Below, piece after piece: positions 25,240 to 37,559 of a stretch of DNA of 64,000 nucleotides. The notes under the pieces were generated by a model. That model was not told the origin of the DNA, ran no database searches, and worked only from the letters and a program-made list of their open reading frames with translations. Source of the DNA: Phyllobates terribilis (taxonomy: Eukaryota). The stretch is from positions 857,832,001 through 857,896,000 of the forward strand of contig NW_027362762.1 of NCBI RefSeq assembly GCF_046119375.1, read 5' to 3'. Made by a program: the position numbers and the translations under genes. Numbering within the stretch: position 1 is the stretch's first letter; every line of letters begins with the position of its first letter.

Positions 25240-25710
25240 TACAGTATAATGACCTCCACACAATGTAACGGCCTCCATAAAGTATGATGACCCACAGTTT
25301 CATGGTGTCTACACAGAATAATTATTCCCACACAGCCATCCACAAAGTTTTTTGCTCCCACACAGCGTTCCACACAGTATAATGCCCCCCCCCCACAGCC
25401 CTCCACACAGTATGGTGTCCTCCACACATTTTAATGCCAAACACAGCCCTCCACACTGTATATTGGCTCTTACACAGTATAATGATCCCCAAAGAGCCCT
25501 CCCACACCGTATGATCTCCTCTACAATATATCCTCCCACTCACACAGTTTGAAGGTCCCCAAAACCCCAAACACAACTCGTCCCCTCATATACAGTTGAT
25601 GGCCCCTAAAGCTCTTCACATTTTATGATGGCTCCACATCCCCCTACACAAAGTACTATTGCCCCAAAGTATATTCCCCACATACAGTATATCCTCATAC
25701 AATGTACTCA
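25240..25710. repeat. Degenerate cacacagtataatg-type minisatellite
   Basis: Repeated cacacag/tataatg motifs. Confidence 0.6.
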
Positions 25711-25769
25711 CTGATATAACAAAAAAAAAAGAAAAATTCATGGTGCTTATACTATTCATGTGTTTTATA

Positions 25770-25809
25770 TCCCTTTGAGAAAGCACTGTGTGCGAAACGT
25801 GCATCGGGG
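25770..25809 (+). ncRNA. Decayed minimal hammerhead variant (U3-A8)
   Basis: ccct UUGAGAA a gcac-tgt-gtgc GAAAC gtgcatc gggg; stem III looks CpG-deaminated from gcgcgtc. Confidence 0.5.
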
Positions 25810-26205
25810 TGGTCGTGGTGGTCTCCACATTATATTATCAGTAAGCAGCAATACATTTGAGAACAAAATTTCTGAGTATGTCTACAATTCATTATTATAT
25901 GCACTAGCATAATACTGTTAATAGACATGTGAGTTTTTTCCTTGGCTCTCTTAAAATTTATATGATTCTGACATCTATGTAGGTTTTTTCATGTTTCTAA
26001 TAGCACTTTATTACATGTATACAAAATGGGATTATATATCTCAGGATGTTTAGAATCAGACTAAATATGATTATGCCCATAACATATAGCAGCCTCAGAT
26101 TGGATATATATGAAATTCATCATCTGCTATTTTTGTGACTGCTGATTTACAGTATGTGTGGGTCCGCCACCTTTGTTTACTTGAATCCCTCTGAAACCTT
26201 ATATA

Positions 26206-27934
26206 CAGGTGCAGCTCACTAAATTAGAATATCATCAAAAAGTTAATTTATTTCAGTTCTTCAATACAAAAAGTGAAACTCATATTATATAGAGTCATTA
26301 CAAACAGAGTGACGACTAGGGGGTTTGAATATGGTGAACCCCGTGGTGTTCCTAGAGAACACCTTCTTGAAAGTGAACGTGGCAAACCTCTGGAAAGAGA
26401 GGGCTCCTCCGTGGGTATTCTCCTGCAAGGGATTGTTTCAGCCTTTCTTCCAGGTATGGGAGACAGGGGGAAGATTGAAGGATCTTCGCACACCACATGG
26501 GCATCTCCCGGCTTACGTTATCCCGGTTCTGAAAATGATTCGCCGGTGGGGTCTGGGAATGTGGGAGGTGAGATCCCTCCTGAGTAAACTCCTCGAAATG
26601 AGGGTCTTGCTTTCTCATTTTCAAAGTCCATTGGTCCTCAAGGACTACCAAAGTCGGGATCTTGAGGTTGGGTTGAGTTTGTTAAATTCTAGTAGGATTC
26701 CCAAGAAGTACCTGGACTTGACTTGGCGCTGCTTCCAAGGTAAGTTGTATGTGAGAAACAATTTGAAGTACAGGAGCTCCGAGGACAGGAATTGCCCTGT
26801 GAGGCTTGTGCTAACGTGCTGGAAAGCATGGAGCACTTCCTGCTTCATTGTCCCTTTAATACAGAGGTATACAACAGGGTGGGGGCTTCCATTGGTTGGC
26901 CGCAGCTGGCTACTCTGTCCTATGTCGGGTGGGCCTATGGAGCATTCAGAGACCTTGGGAGAAGGGACCGAGCCACTTTATTCATAGTAAGCGCAGTGGT
27001 CAGGTATTTCACGTGGAATGCACAAGTTTTAGTTTCGACGCAGAGTAAAATCCTCCATGTAGATGAAGTTTGAAGGAACATCCTAGCTGACCTGGTGAAG
27101 GAACGTTCTCTTGAGTATGAAAGACTGGGTGCCCGGAGGTCGGCCCGTCTCTGCAGGGGCTTTTCCTTCAGGGTGCCTTAGTCCGGTAGTACTCCTATAT
27201 CCTGGTGGTGGGCTGATGTCTTTCCACCCTAGATTTTTGTTTTGTATTTCTGTCTCCTGAATAGAAGGTTTGCAGGCATCGAACTTGAGCCTTGGATGGT
27301 GAGTATGTAGGTTGTGTTCTGTCACGTTGGTTTCTGTATACAGTATATTGTATATAATGTATAATAGGGGGTTTTAGTTAGGTTGGGTGGGGGATTTGGG
27401 GGTTTTCATCAGTGGTGATAAAAGGACTGATCTGGCCTGGTCCAGGCCCCACCTGGGGAAAAACTTTGGGGCCTGATCCTAGCTCGGAGTAATCCTGAAC
27501 TTTGTGGCCAGAGCTGGATCAGGGGTGGCGGGATAGTTAGGTAGGTGTGTGTTTTATATATATATATATATATATACATGAAAATTGGAACTCTGGGACC
27601 TTGTGGAGTGTGTCAATGACTGCCTTCTGGACATCTGTCAAGTCAGCAGTCTCCCCCATGATTGTGGAGCCTACTGAAACAGACTAAGGAACCTTTTAAA
27701 ATGCTTACGAAGCCTTTGCAGGTGTTTTTTGTTAATTATTTTAATTTACTGAGATAATGACTTTTGTGTTTTCATTGGCTGTAAGCCATAATCATCAACA
27801 TTAACAGAAATAAACACTTGAAATAGATCACTGTTTGTAATGACTCTATATAATATAGGAGTTTCACTTTTTGTATTGAAGAACTGAAATAAATTAACTT
27901 TTTGATGATATTCTAATTTAGTGAGATGCATCTG
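26206..27934. mobile_element. Tc1 element whose interior is replaced by a Tx1/L1 fragment
   Basis: TIR caggtgcagctcactaaattagaatatcatc is inverted relative to gatgatattctaatttagtgagatgcatctg. Confidence 0.8.
26314..27560 (+). mobile_element. Tx1/L1-clade LINE 3' fragment (ORF2 C-terminus and 3' UTR)
   Basis: DLTWRCFQGKLYV, then CP-CEAC...ESMEHFLLHC zinc knuckle; followed by (TA)n. Confidence 0.75.
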
Positions 27935-28379
27935 AACCTTTTTCTACAATTTTTTTCAACTATGTTCAATAAAATTGATTTGCATTTTATTTTCATGTGA
28001 GTGCTTTTGTGAATACTTTAATATTCCAACATAGACATTATCATGTGTGCCAACAGGTTACATAAGTAAAGCCAAAAGGAGAGTGTGAAAAATTCCTTTG
28101 TTTTGTTCTTTTTTTTCCTGTTGGTTTCCTTTGCTTTTTAATTTTCCAGCATGAAGATCAGAAGATGAACAATAGCCATTAGATAAATATAGATAAGGAG
28201 ATGAGTATTCGTGGAAGTATTACACAATTGGTGAAATGTGTACATACAATGTCTTTATTGTTTTTTTTATTTTATTTATGGATAATGTTTTATACCGCTG
28301 ATTTTGACTAAATGTTGCTTATGTCTTATTTCCTTTGATTAAATAAAAGAAAAGCCACTAATTATTCCTTGCTCCACAG

Positions 28380-28493
28380 GATAAACTTGCACACTTAGCC
28401 AAGCCAAATATGAGTGATAATGGAGGAACTGAACGTTTCAAGTGTCAGCTGAAAGATCATTTAGCAGACATCAAGCAGAAGAGTAAAAATTGA
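28380..28493 (+). other. Possible host exon (unidentified)
   Basis: Branch-like ctaat, pyrimidine tract and cag at 28358-28379; only phase 0 is open (DKLAHLAKPNMSDNGGTERFKCQLKDHLADIKQK); no protein recognised. Confidence 0.25.
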
Positions 28494-28739
28494 TCAAGGT
28501 CACTAAGTAAAATAATAGTGCCTAGATCACAAAGCCAGCTTCTCATGAGTAAATAATAGCTAGCTGTGGAGGGAACGTGCATTAACTGAGGTACATATTA
28601 AAGATGCTTAGAGGGCATGAGCATAAATGCACACTCCTACAAGTTTGGGTACAATGCATTACAAATTTGGTGGCTGATACATGGGTGATTTTCTGCAGCA
28701 TTCATATACCGTACATAACCAAATTGTTGCTAGTCTTCT

Positions 28740-30328
28740 ATTAAAGTAAGAAAAACCCTCAATGGTCATTGATATAATTTGAAACTGACAAAAATAATTT
28801 TCAATTTAAATTTACTGAATATTATCTAATGAAAAATAGACATTGCTTTTGAATTGTAGTTCAACAGAAAAAAAAATAATGAAAATGTCCTGGACAAATA
28901 TGATGAGAACCCTAGAAAAGATTAAAAATAATTTGACCATAGGGACATGTTAAACTAAGAAGTGTCCTGTAATTAACCTCACTGGTGTCTACAAACTTGT
29001 AATCAGTCAGTCTGCCTATTTAAGGGGTGAAAAAAGTAGTCACTGTGCTATTTGGCATCATGCTGTGTACCACACTGAACATGGACCAGAGAAAACTAAT
29101 AAGAAAGAGTTATCTAAGGAGATTAGAAAGAAAATGATAAACAAACATGTTAAAGGTAAAGGTTATAAGACCATCTTCAAACAGCTTGGAGTTCCTGGTA
29201 CTACAGTTGCACATATTATTCAGAAGTTTAAGGTTTATGGGACTGTAGTTAACCTCCTTGGATGTGACCACAAGAGGAAAGTTGATGACAAACTGAAGAT
29301 GTGGATAATACGAATGGTAACCAAAAAGGTCAGAACAACTTTGAAGAAGATTAGAGGTGAACTCCAAGGTTAATGTACATCAATGTCATATGAAACCATT
29401 GGTTGCTGTCCTGGCCAAAGTTGACTTCATGGAAGACGACCGAGGAGGAAACTAATGTTGAAAGCAAATCATAAAAAACCGAGACTGGAATTTGCCAAAA
29501 TGTTTTTTGACAAACCACAAAACTTCCGGGAGAATGTCCTTTGGACAGGTGAGACAAAAGTGGAGCTTTTTGGCAACTCACAGCAGCTCTATGTTCACAG
29601 ACATAAAATGGAGCAAACAAAGAAAAGAACATTGTAGTTGCTGTGAAACATGGAGGAGGCTCGGTTATGTTTTTGAGGTTCTTTGCTGCATCATACACAG
29701 GGTATCTTAAATTTGTGCAGAATACAATGAAATCTCAAGACTATGAAGGCATTCTGGAGTAAAATGTGCTTCCCAGTATTAGAAAGCTTGATCTGAGTCG
29801 CAGGTCATGGGTCCTCCAATAGGATGATGACCCAAAAGATACAGCTAAAAACATCCACGAATGGCTAAGAGGAAAACATTGGGCTGTTTTGAAGTGATTT
29901 CTATAAGCCCTGATCTAAATCCTATGAACATCTGTGGAAGGAGCTGAATCCTGCAGTCTGGAGAAGGCGTCTTCATACCTGAGACAACTAGAGCAGATAG
30001 CTCATGAGGAGAGGGCCAAAATACTTGTGGATGGGTACAGACGTCTCATTAAGAGTTACAGAAATCATTTGTTTGCAGTAATTGCCTCAAAATTTTGTGC
30101 AACAAAATATTAAGTTAAGGGCACCATCATTTTTGTCCAGGAATCTTTTCATTAATTTGTTTTTTTAAATGTTTTTGTAGAACCACAATTCAGAAGCAAT
30201 GTCTGATTCTCATTAGTTGATATTCAGGAAATTTAAATAGAAAATTACTTCTGTCAGTTTGAAGTTATTACAGTGACCGTTGTCCGTTTTTCTTACTTTA
30301 ACAGAAGATACTATTTTTTCCATGTCTG
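28740..30328 (+). mobile_element. Degenerate Tc1 element
   Basis: KELSKEIRKK...GKGYKTI, WTGETKVELFG and QDDDPK-like motifs with stops and frameshifts; ends catgtctg|TA. Confidence 0.85.
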
Positions 30329-30797
30329 TATATAGCTATTTAAAACAGGTCTGGTAGAGAATGACAGACCCCACAACACGATGGAGGACAGTTAGAGAAT
30401 GACAGACCCACAATACACATGGAGGGCAGGGGAACAGTGACAGATCCCACTCTACACATGTGTGACAGGTAGAGAGTGACAAATAGACATGGAAGAGCGC
30501 CGCATGAGAAGCATCTGATGGTCTAGGGGGATATTCCAATAAAGGTGGGGTTTTTTTGCCTTTCACCTGGAAGGGTTGTGCACGCCCTGCACAACCTCGG
30601 TGATGGGCGTCTCCATACACTCCTGCTGTGTTGCTCCGGGACCGCTCCTGTGCTTCCTGGTCTGGTCACATGGGCACAAGATCTGGTCACGTGATACCAC
30701 TAAACAGGATGGGACGTCGCTGCAGGTCCTGATGTCTGGAGATGCTCTCTAGAGCCCCAAGCTGCTCCAGCCACAATCCCTCAAGGGGAATATCAAA

Positions 30798-30975
30798 GTT
30801 TTAAAGAAAAATATTTGTGGTCAATTGAAGGAGCGCTATGGCTAGAGAATACACTGTAATGGATAGATAATAACGAACCTTTTATTGAACCACTACGTGT
30901 TTCGGCAGCGGGCCGCTGCCTTCCTCAGGTGAAATCCTGACCACAGGATTGACCACAAATATTTTTCTTTAAAAC
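30798..30975 (-). mobile_element. Small Penelope-type pLTR remnant bounded by a 28-bp perfect inverted repeat
   Basis: gttttaaagaaaaatatttgtggtcaat (30798-30825) is the reverse complement of 30948-30975; contains a hammerhead. Confidence 0.7.
30891..30931 (-). ncRNA. Minimal type I hammerhead ribozyme with canonical core
   Basis: Minus strand: CAC CUGAGGA A GGCAGCG-gcc-CGCUGCC GAAAC ac GUA GUG. Confidence 0.8.
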
Positions 30976-32045
30976 TTAGGTAGAGAGTGCTTGACCCCAC
31001 AATAGACATGTAGGGCAGGTAGAGAGTGTTAGACCCCATACTACACATGGAGGACATGTAGAGAGTAATAGACTTTGCACATCACAAAGAGGACAGGTAG
31101 AGAATGACAGACCCCACCCTATACATAGAAAGCAGGTAGAGAGTGACAGACGCAGCACTACACATGGAGGGCAGGTAGAAAATGACAGATCTGGCACTAG
31201 ACATGGAGGACAGGTAGAGAGTGACAGACCCTGCACTACACATGTAGAACAGGTAGCGTGGGACAGACCCTGTACTACACATGTAAGACATGTAGAGAGT
31301 AATAGACCCCCCACTATACATGAAGGACAGGTAGAGAGTGACAGACTCTACACACCTCATGAAGGGCAGGTAGAAAGTGACAGACCTCGCACTACGTATG
31401 GAAGACAGGTAGAGAGTGATAGATACTGCACTAGACATGGAGAAAAGGTAGAGAGTGACAAACCCCACACTGCACATGGAGGACAGGTAGAGAGTGACAG
31501 ACCCTGCACTAAACATAGAAGACAGATAGAGTGGGACAGACCCCGCACTACACATGGAGGACAAGTAGAGAGTGACAGACCCTGCACTGAACATAGAAGA
31601 CAGAGTGGGACAGACCCCGCACTACACATGGAGGACAAGTAGAGAGTGACAGACCCCACAATACACATGGAGGACAGGTAGAGAGTGACAGACCCCACAC
31701 TACACATGGAGGGCAGGTACAGTGTGGCAAACCCCACACTACACACTGAAGACAGATACAGTGGGACAGACCCCGCACTACACATGGAGGGCAGGTAGAG
31801 AGTGACAATCCCTGAACTACACATGGAGGACAGGTAGAGAGTGACAAACCCTGCACTACACATGGAAGACAGGTAGAAAGTCACAGACCCCACACTACAC
31901 ATGGAGGGTAAGTAGAGAGTGACAGACCCCACACTACACATGGAGGGTAGGTAGAGAGTGACAGACCCTGCACTACACATGGAGGGTAGGTAGAGAGTGA
32001 CAGACCCTGCACTAAGCGTAGAAGACAGGTAGAGTGGGACAGATC
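30976..32045. repeat. 39-bp minisatellite (ggacaggtagagagtgacagaccccacactacacatgga), ~27 units, with further units at 30350-30490
   Basis: Direct periodicity; explains the LSLSTCPPCVV-type repetitive ORFs. Confidence 0.95.
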
Positions 32046-33322
32046 CCAGCTGGAATTATGAGTATCATAAAGATCAAATAACAAAGACATTTTTAAAAAA
32101 GTGATAAAATGTGGAGAAGATTAAAAAAATGGTGAGGAAGTAGGTAAAAAAAAATAGGAGCAAGATAAAAAAAAGTGTAAAAATTTACACTAAAATGGGA
32201 AATAATAATTTGGTCCACATGCAGGCATGATTAAATATGTTCTTAAACACGGGAAAATATTTAAAAAAAGACACCAAATTTTGGGTTCTATTTAAAGATA
32301 ACACATTTTGTCTATAAGAAGGGGATATCATTGTGTAACAAATTAATTCAGTAAGATTTTATTGAAACAAAACTACTCAACACAGATGCGGTTTAAAACT
32401 GAGAAGAGGGGGCAATACCCATGTTTATCTTGTCAGAATTGTATGGCTATCGTGAAAGGTTATTATGTAGTACATTTAATCCCAGGGCATACAATTCCAG
32501 TGAGAAGTTTTTATACCTGTGCTAGTGAAAATGTAATTTATGTCTTAAAATGCCCTTGTGGAAAAGCGTATGTGGGCCAAACGTCACGTCCAATTAAAAT
32601 CCGCTTGACAGAACATCGCTCAGCGATTTGTTTGTTTGAGAAGAAAAGAAATGAGAAAGAGAATGAAAAACAAAAGAAGGATGAGAATACAATTAATAAG
32701 AATAAGAAAATGCTTTGGGAAACAATGGTAGCGCAACACTTTCATGAAGCTGGACATAGAGTGTGTGATCCAAGGCGGTTAGTTGTAGAAAAAATTATTG
32801 GGAAAAATCCAAAACAAATAAAGAAGTAACTTCTCCAATATAGAAACCTTTTGGATTTATACGTAGGACACAGTAAATCCAAAGGATATGAAGGAGAATT
32901 GTAATTTTAATGACTTTAATGTGTTTTTGTAAAAAAGAAAATTCCTCATATGTGGATATGTATGTTATATGTCTTTAATGTGCATGTATTTGTTGTTTTT
33001 AAGAATTGATCACATGATATATTCTATTTAACCCCTTAACAACCGCCAATTAAATGCATTAAAACAGCAGCCGCTAAGGGGCATTATTTCCTCATCACCA
33101 TTTTAAAACAACGATCGGGAATAAGCCTATAGTGGCCCCAGAGTCCGAAAATCTCCAGAGTCTCAACTAGAGGGGGTAGCTAAGACCCTGGAGAACATGA
33201 TCAGGGTTGGATTTTCCATCCCCGATCACATAATTTCCGTTATTCAATGAATAACAACAATCACGTAAGAAGAAAAGTGTGCCCATTGTTAAAATCATTT
33301 CTCTGTCTTCTGACATGATATA

Positions 33323-33504
33323 CAGTGGGGAAAATAAGTATTTGATTACACTGCCGATTTTGCAAGTTTTTCTACAAAGAATGGAGAGGTCTGTAATTTT
33401 TATCATAGGTACACTTCACCTGTGAGAGACAGAACCTAAAAATAAAAAACAGATATAAAAACTTGCCAAATCGGCAGTGTATCAAATATTTATTTTTCCC
33501 ACTT
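33323..33504. mobile_element. 182-bp Tc1-derived MITE
   Basis: TA TSD; TIR cagtggggaaaataagtatttga...ctgccgattttgcaag mirrored at 33461-33504. Confidence 0.85.
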
Positions 33505-33821
33505 TACATGTCAGAGGAGAGAGAAATGATGTTCCCCAAGCCTCCCCTAGTCCCCCGGACCCTCCTGCTCCATCCCCCGGCCCTCTGTCTCCTCTTCCAG
33601 AAAAAAAATGGTGGGCGCATGCACACGTTTAGATCTGCCGGCCAGCACACGGCAACAGCAGAGATTTTTCTTATTGGTTCCATTTGATCACTGTGATAGA
33701 CCCTATCACAGTGATCAAAAGCCAATAATTGGCATGTCACCCCCCCCCCCCGAGTGCCATCCCCTTAGTCAGATAAATTTTTTTGTTATTTTATAATTTT
33801 TATTTCTTTCATTATTTGCAG

Positions 33822-34066
33822 TTAGGGTTAGGGTTGAGCTTGGGGTTATGGTTTGGCTTATGGTTAGGGTTGGACTTAGGGTTAGAGTTGGGCTTAGGGT
33901 TACGGTTGGGCTTAGAGTTGAGGTTGACTTTGGGTTACGGTTGGGCTTAGGTTAGGGTTGGGCTTAGATTTGGGTTGGGCTTATGGTTAGGGTTCACCTT
34001 TAGGTTAGGGTTGGGCTTGGGGTTAGGGTTAGGGTTGGGGTTAGGGTTGGGTTTAGGGTTAGGGTT
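33822..34066 (+). repeat. Interstitial telomere-like array (TTAGGG variants; ~18-bp higher-order unit TTAGGG TTAGGG TTGGGC)
   Basis: Read directly from the sequence. Confidence 0.9.
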
Positions 34067-34506
34067 TTTTCAAAAGTTAAAAAAAAATGATGAGGATATG
34101 ACAACTAGTGTTGAGCGCATGTGCTCACTACTGTCACACACAGTGTAGGAAAGACAAAATGCCACACAAAGGGATGAGGGGAAGGGAGCCCAGACACTAA
34201 GGAAAGAGGGGGTGGAGACCTCCTAAGCTGATCTGATATCACCCTGTCTTCCCTACTGTCTCTATATTAGTTTCTCACCAATCAGGAACTGTGAAGAAAT
34301 GGGAGCAGAGAGACCCCGCAGAATCCCACCGCTACCACCAATGTGAAGAAATGGCAGTAGGGAAACCTTTGCAGAATCCCACCGCTGCCACCACTTATGA
34401 TGGATCCACCACCTGCCTGATGTCACTTATACGTCAGACGGATCACGTGATATGGATCTGCCTTTTGCACCAATGTGTTTTTCCGCACCCCCTCGAGGAC
34501 GCGTAT

Positions 34507-35327
34507 TGTCAGATTGGTACAGTTCTACATAGACATCCCCTGTCCACACAAGTACAGGAAGGCACCAGGGAGTGAGAAGAGGTGGCCCACTCAGTCACTG
34601 ACGTGGCACAACACTCGCTCACTCCCCTGACAGGCTCCTTTAATATCTCCAGTGAAGCAGTACCTTGCCGGCCTGGGAGAGCTGCCACCAGTTTCTATTA
34701 GATATAATGAGACTTATATCGGGCTAGAAACCAGCCCGGTAGCGTGTTCGTTGGACCGAACAATGGACGTGAGAGTTTGTGGATTGAGATAAAAGAGCAG
34801 CCCAAGGTTAAATTATATATTTATTCGCTGTAAGGGCACACTAGACATTACACTATATACATAAGGGTTATACATAGAGATGCAAACACAATAGTAGTGG
34901 TACAACACAATGTATTCTCTAAACCTCCCAGGGACAAAGACATTGGGCTCTATCTGCAGGGGCTCTTAACCTCTCTATGTCACTCCTCTTACTGCCCCCT
35001 GGTTGAGCCTAAGTCTCCACCCCTGGCCTCTCTCGGCTAAAAACTCCAAAAACTAGAATGGGCCATGCTTCCTTAATGGATGGTCCTAGGGAGCCGGTTC
35101 TGGTGTCATCGGATCCAGCCGGGCCCCTGCTATGCGTAGATACCAAGCCCCAGGGCCCTAAGGGCACCCGCAAGACTGTGCCTTGTATTTCCCTTTCCCT
35201 ACAAACTGGACTGTGCTGAAAGCCATGGTGACATTCACCATTCTCTTGGGTTTACAAAACTCTATTTGGTGTATCACTGGGATGTATCATATTCCCATAA
35301 CTCAGTGTTGAATTATAATATCTGACA
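34507..35327. mobile_element. LTR-like sequence (TGTCAGA...TCTGACA)
   Basis: Short terminal inverted repeats; homologous in inverted orientation to 35655-36333; no TSD found. Confidence 0.6.
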
Positions 35328-35654
35328 CAAAGAACATGCCTCATGGCTTGGAAGTCACAGGGGGTCTTCCTGTGGCAGCTCCACAGCTGAGGGTGGGGGG
35401 TTTGTCACTCACTGTGTCTCTCAGCCCCTTCCCTTCTTGCTGCTGAAGTGTCAGGTTTCAGTTTTTCATTTGTAGCCCTCTATAATCCCCCGCCAAACAG
35501 AGCACAATGATAGACATGGGATTATCTTGAATATTCTTCACAGTAACCTAAAACCCTATATCTCCCTAGATCTAGGCCCTGGCTAGGGAAGGGGAGATGA
35601 GCGCTAGTCAGTCCCCACTAACAACTAAAGATGACAAGGGGAGACAGACACGGA

Positions 35655-36333
35655 TATGTGCCACTTTAGTTCTTGGAGTCTATTAGCTAGGAAGGAACAG
35701 GGGTGGAGACTTGGGGTTGAGCCGGGGGGCGGGAGTGGGAGTTCCCAGAGAGCTTGAAGATCTCTGTAGCCAAAAGTATATTGTCTTTTCCTGGGGAAGC
35801 TTGTGACATCAAGAAGTGTGGGAGAACTCCAGCAACCAAGCAGGGCCCTCAACCTTCCCCATGTGGCCTCCCATCCCCTGAGCCATGCTTTCCATTTACA
35901 GGTATCTGACTTTAAGATCTGTTATGCCTGATGTACCATGCTTTTGTATTTGTAACTCTGACCACTGTATATGTATCACCTTGTGTATATAGTAGATTGT
36001 TTAGTGAGCCCTTATGGCGATTAAATGTATAATTTAATCTTGGGCTGTTCTTGTATCTAGATCCACGAATCCTACGTCTGTTGTTCGGTCCAACTAACAT
36101 ACTACCGGGCTGGTTTCGCCCGATATAAGTCTGTTATATCAAATAGAAACTGGTGGCAGCTCTATCCAGGCTGACAAGGCTCTGCTTCACTGGAGTAGTG
36201 AAAGAGCCTCTCAGCCTGTCAGGAGTATGGGAGAGTGTGGGGCCACATCAGCGTCTGAGTGGACCACCTTGTCCCACTGTCTCTTTGTACCCGTGTGGAC
36301 AGGAGGTGACGGTGTAGAACTGTGCCGATCTGA
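35655..36333. mobile_element. Second LTR-like copy of the same family, in opposite orientation
   Basis: For example, 36071-36160 matches the reverse complement of 34681-34770. Confidence 0.6.
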
Positions 36334-36954
36334 CCTTATGCATTATATTTAAAAAATGATGCAGATGTAAAGTATTCATATTGGAAATGTTATTTATTAA
36401 TTATTTTGTGTGGTATAACTATCTGATTTAAGGGTATAAAAATTTAAAGGTATGTAAAGTTAGAAAATTGCAACATTTTCAAATTTTGTGTCACATTTTT
36501 GATATTTTCATTAATAAACGCAAATCATATTGATTACATTTTACCACTAACATGAAGCAAAATATGTCATGAAAAAACATTCTCAGAATCACTGGGATAC
36601 GTTGAAACATTCCAGAATTATTACCACATAAATTGACACTGATCAGAATTATAAAATTTGGCCTCGTCATTAAGGTCAAAATTAAGGGCTTACTAAGGGG
36701 TTAAACGGGATCTGGGATACATTGCACATGCTTTGAGAAGGGAGAGTTTACCCTTGAAACGACAGGTATTCCTCTCGGCAGTGTCTCAGCATATAGAAGT
36801 TCCTCCTTTGGATCTTGAGCAATATCTGTTTAAGGTAGCAGTATACTCTGACAGTGAACTACTTTTTTGTACATATTCTTGCTGAACTGTATTTTTTCAC
36901 TTATCATATAAAATATTTCTATTCTGAAGAATAAATTTGTCAGGTGTTTCAATT

Positions 36955-37453
36955 TATATGAGTTCCACAATTGGATGTGTTTAAATTAAATGTTCCTGTG
37001 CTGAGATAATCTTATAAATGTGCCCCTGCTGTGTACTGTGTAATGGCTGTGTCTGACCGTACAGGAACATGGTCTGATCATACCACAGCTCCTGGCCAGG
37101 GGGGAGGAAAAAAGTATACAGATATTAGAGCAGGTCAAATTATTCTTTCTTTGAAGTAAAACATTGTTAAAAAACAGGAAGTGAAATGTTTTACCTTACA
37201 GAAAGAATCAGCTGAGATCCAGTGCTGCAATGTATGCATCCTCTCTTTTGCTTCCCCCCATGCCCAGGAGATGTGGTATGATCAGATTATTCCCCTATAC
37301 GGTCAGACACAGCCATTACACAGTACACAGCAGGGCACATTTATAAGATTATCTCAGCACAGGAACATTTTATTTAAACACATCCAATTGTGGAAATTAT
37401 TATTATTCCAAGATCTATTGATTAAAATTAGCTTTTTTTGTGGGAAAACCCCT
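36955..37453. mobile_element. T2/Kolobok-like MITE with ~130-bp inverted arms
   Basis: 36962-37095 is inverted relative to 37262-37395; right end aaaacccct|TTAA. Confidence 0.75.
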
Positions 37454-37559
37454 TTAACGTTAATGACCATACAATACCACACAAAGAATGTGAACAGTTT
37501 TGGGGGTGTTTTAGAAACAAAGCAGTCATGTATTTCTAGCCTGGTACAACACCTTTAGA

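Larger units (their letters stand above)
33032..36700. mobile_element. piggyBac-like non-autonomous element with nested insertions
   Basis: TTAA|ccccttaac at 33028 and taagggg|TTAA at 36701. Confidence 0.65.
32250..36960 (+). mobile_element. Penelope-like element 3 (GIY-YIG 3' part); its 3' UTR is split by a TTAA insertion
   Basis: ORF 32362-32829: CLSCQNC...VIYVLKCPCGKAYVGQTSR...EH...VAQHFHEAGH; the tail appears to resume at 36705. Confidence 0.8.

Noticed and set aside
30976-32090. Cys/Ser-rich repetitive ORFs on the minus strand
   Set aside because: They are translations of a 39-bp (13-codon) minisatellite.
33822-34066. Telomere-like array as a chromosome-fusion scar
   Set aside because: No head-to-head inversion of the repeats; the array is embedded in a TE and the same junction recurs at 55875-56007.
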